Origin: a virus
Lineage: Duplodnaviria > Caudoviricetes
DNA length: 35,281 bases
Reading direction: 5' to 3' (one strand)
Virus record (IMG/VR): IMGVR_UViG_3300032212_000691
Location: 1 to 35,281 of that record
Shown here piece after piece: positions 34,193 to 35,281 of this stretch (within the stretch, counting starts at the first letter, position 1; each line of letters starts with the position of its first letter). The position numbers and the translations under genes are program-made. The notes under the pieces were generated by a model. The model was not told the origin of the DNA and did not search any database. It was given only the letters and a program-made list of their open reading frames with translations.

Positions 34193-35281
34193 ATGAGTCG
34201 AGTATATAAGAACAAACAAGGCTATTTAGCATTAGATAGCGACATGTACGGAAGTAGAAAACGGCTATCAACAGGTAAAAAATATGATGCTCGTTTGAAA
34301 AATTGGTATGAAAAGAATTTTGAAGATGAGTACAAAAAAATCTATGAAATAAAATTCAAAATTAAGTCAGACAGCACATTGACATTTAAAGAGTACGGAA
34401 TTGAAGTGCTTGATGCAACTAGAAAACGTCGAACTGCAAAATCACAACAAACGGCTGTTAGAAAGTTTTATGTTTTATGTGATTTTTTCGGAGAATTTGA
34501 TTTGAAAAATATTACACGTCTAAAATGTGCGCAATGGCAATCAGAGCAGTTGGAAGAATTAGCACCAAAAACTGTAACAGATTACCGCTCCATATTATAC
34601 ACAGTTCTTGACTTTGCGATGGAAGATGGGATTATATCAAAAAATCCATTGTCGAAACTTGATTCTCCTAAACGAGCCAAAGATGGTAAAAAGACAGCAT
34701 TAGAAGAGAAACGAACGCCAGTATATTACAGTGCGTCTCAGTTAATGACAATCATTAATAATGCAAAAGGTGCGCATAAAAATTTGTATCAATTTGCTGC
34801 ATTTGGTGGAATGCGTGGAGGTGAGCTTATTGCTCTTAGGTGGGAGAATGTAGATTTTGAAAAAAACAAAATTAAAATCTCTGAGTCTGTTCTAGATTAT
34901 TTGATTTCTACGCCAAAAAATGGAAAGACAAGAGTTATAGATATGTTACCACCGGCAAAAGAAGCTTTACTGGCGCAAAGAAAAAGAACTGGATTAAGTG
35001 AGTATGTTTTTTTAACTCAATATGGGAAAAGATATAAAAATCCTGATTCCATTTCTGATCATATGAAAAAGCTTACTTCCTCCATAAATTTAGAGCCTGG
35101 AACATTACATGATTTAAGAAGAAGTTGCAACACAATGTTAAAACAAATGGGATACCCAAGTGATTATGTTCTACAGTTTATAGGGCATGAGAATGAAAAA
35201 GTAAATAGAGAACACTACACCGGTTCAATACGAATAAATATAGCTGATTTCAATGCAAGATTTAAATATGCAAACGCATAA
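34193..35281 (+). CDS. int: Phage integrase (tyrosine recombinase)
   Basis: GMRGGEL, TPKN, HDLRR, IGH, HY; own promoter TGCTAAAAT at 34144; likely start ATG 34193. Confidence 0.93.
   Translation: MSRVYKNKQGYLALDSDMYGSRKRLSTGKKYDARLKNWYEKNFEDEYKKIYEIKFKIKSDSTLTFKEYGIEVLDATRKRRTAKSQQTAVRKFYVLCDFFGEFDLKNITRLKCAQWQSEQLEELAPKTVTDYRSILYTVLDFAMEDGIISKNPLSKLDSPKRAKDGKKTALEEKRTPVYYSASQLMTIINNAKGAHKNLYQFAAFGGMRGGELIALRWENVDFEKNKIKISESVLDYLISTPKNGKTRVIDMLPPAKEALLAQRKRTGLSEYVFLTQYGKRYKNPDSISDHMKKLTSSINLEPGTLHDLRRSCNTMLKQMGYPSDYVLQFIGHENEKVNREHYTGSIRINIADFNARFKYANA

Larger units (their letters stand above)
1..35281. mobile_element. Lambda-like temperate siphovirus (prophage); att sites and lysis genes not seen in the window
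   Basis: Gene order tail-head-terminase-replication-immunity-early-int. Confidence 0.95.

Noticed and set aside
34154-35281. Attachment site near int
   Set aside because: The window ends at the int stop codon and no att core duplication is visible

Overview
This AT-rich window holds most of a temperate, lambda-like siphovirus, probably a prophage. A Campylobacterota host is inferred from AAGGA Shine-Dalgarno (SD) sites, TGnTATAAT promoters and leaderless genes. The minus strand carries tail genes (tape measure, -1 frameshift chaperone, tail tube), head genes (protease-capsid fusion, portal) and a 3.8 kb accessory island between the head genes and terL. It continues with gpA-type terminase, a cos-like site, a second tyrosine recombinase, an internally deleted C5 methyltransferase, replication genes, CII and Cro. 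The plus strand carries cI, an unannotated GNAT-like ORF with a non-canonical start coupled to an ImmA/IrrE peptidase, and the early operon (YfdP/YfdQ-like pair, antirepressor-like genes, ASCH-like gene, xis, int). The strongest leads are: (1) the cI-linked GNAT-like/Zn-peptidase pair; (2) an Ibs/Sib-like 19-aa type I toxin locus; (3) a cargo array delimited by duplicated RHH genes; (4) three regulator+antirepressor modules with exchanged domains; (5) repeated RNA hairpins and pseudoknots in both early leaders; (6) a leaderless antisense membrane-peptide gene beside the tape measure gene. All family calls come from reading motifs by eye; no database search was run.
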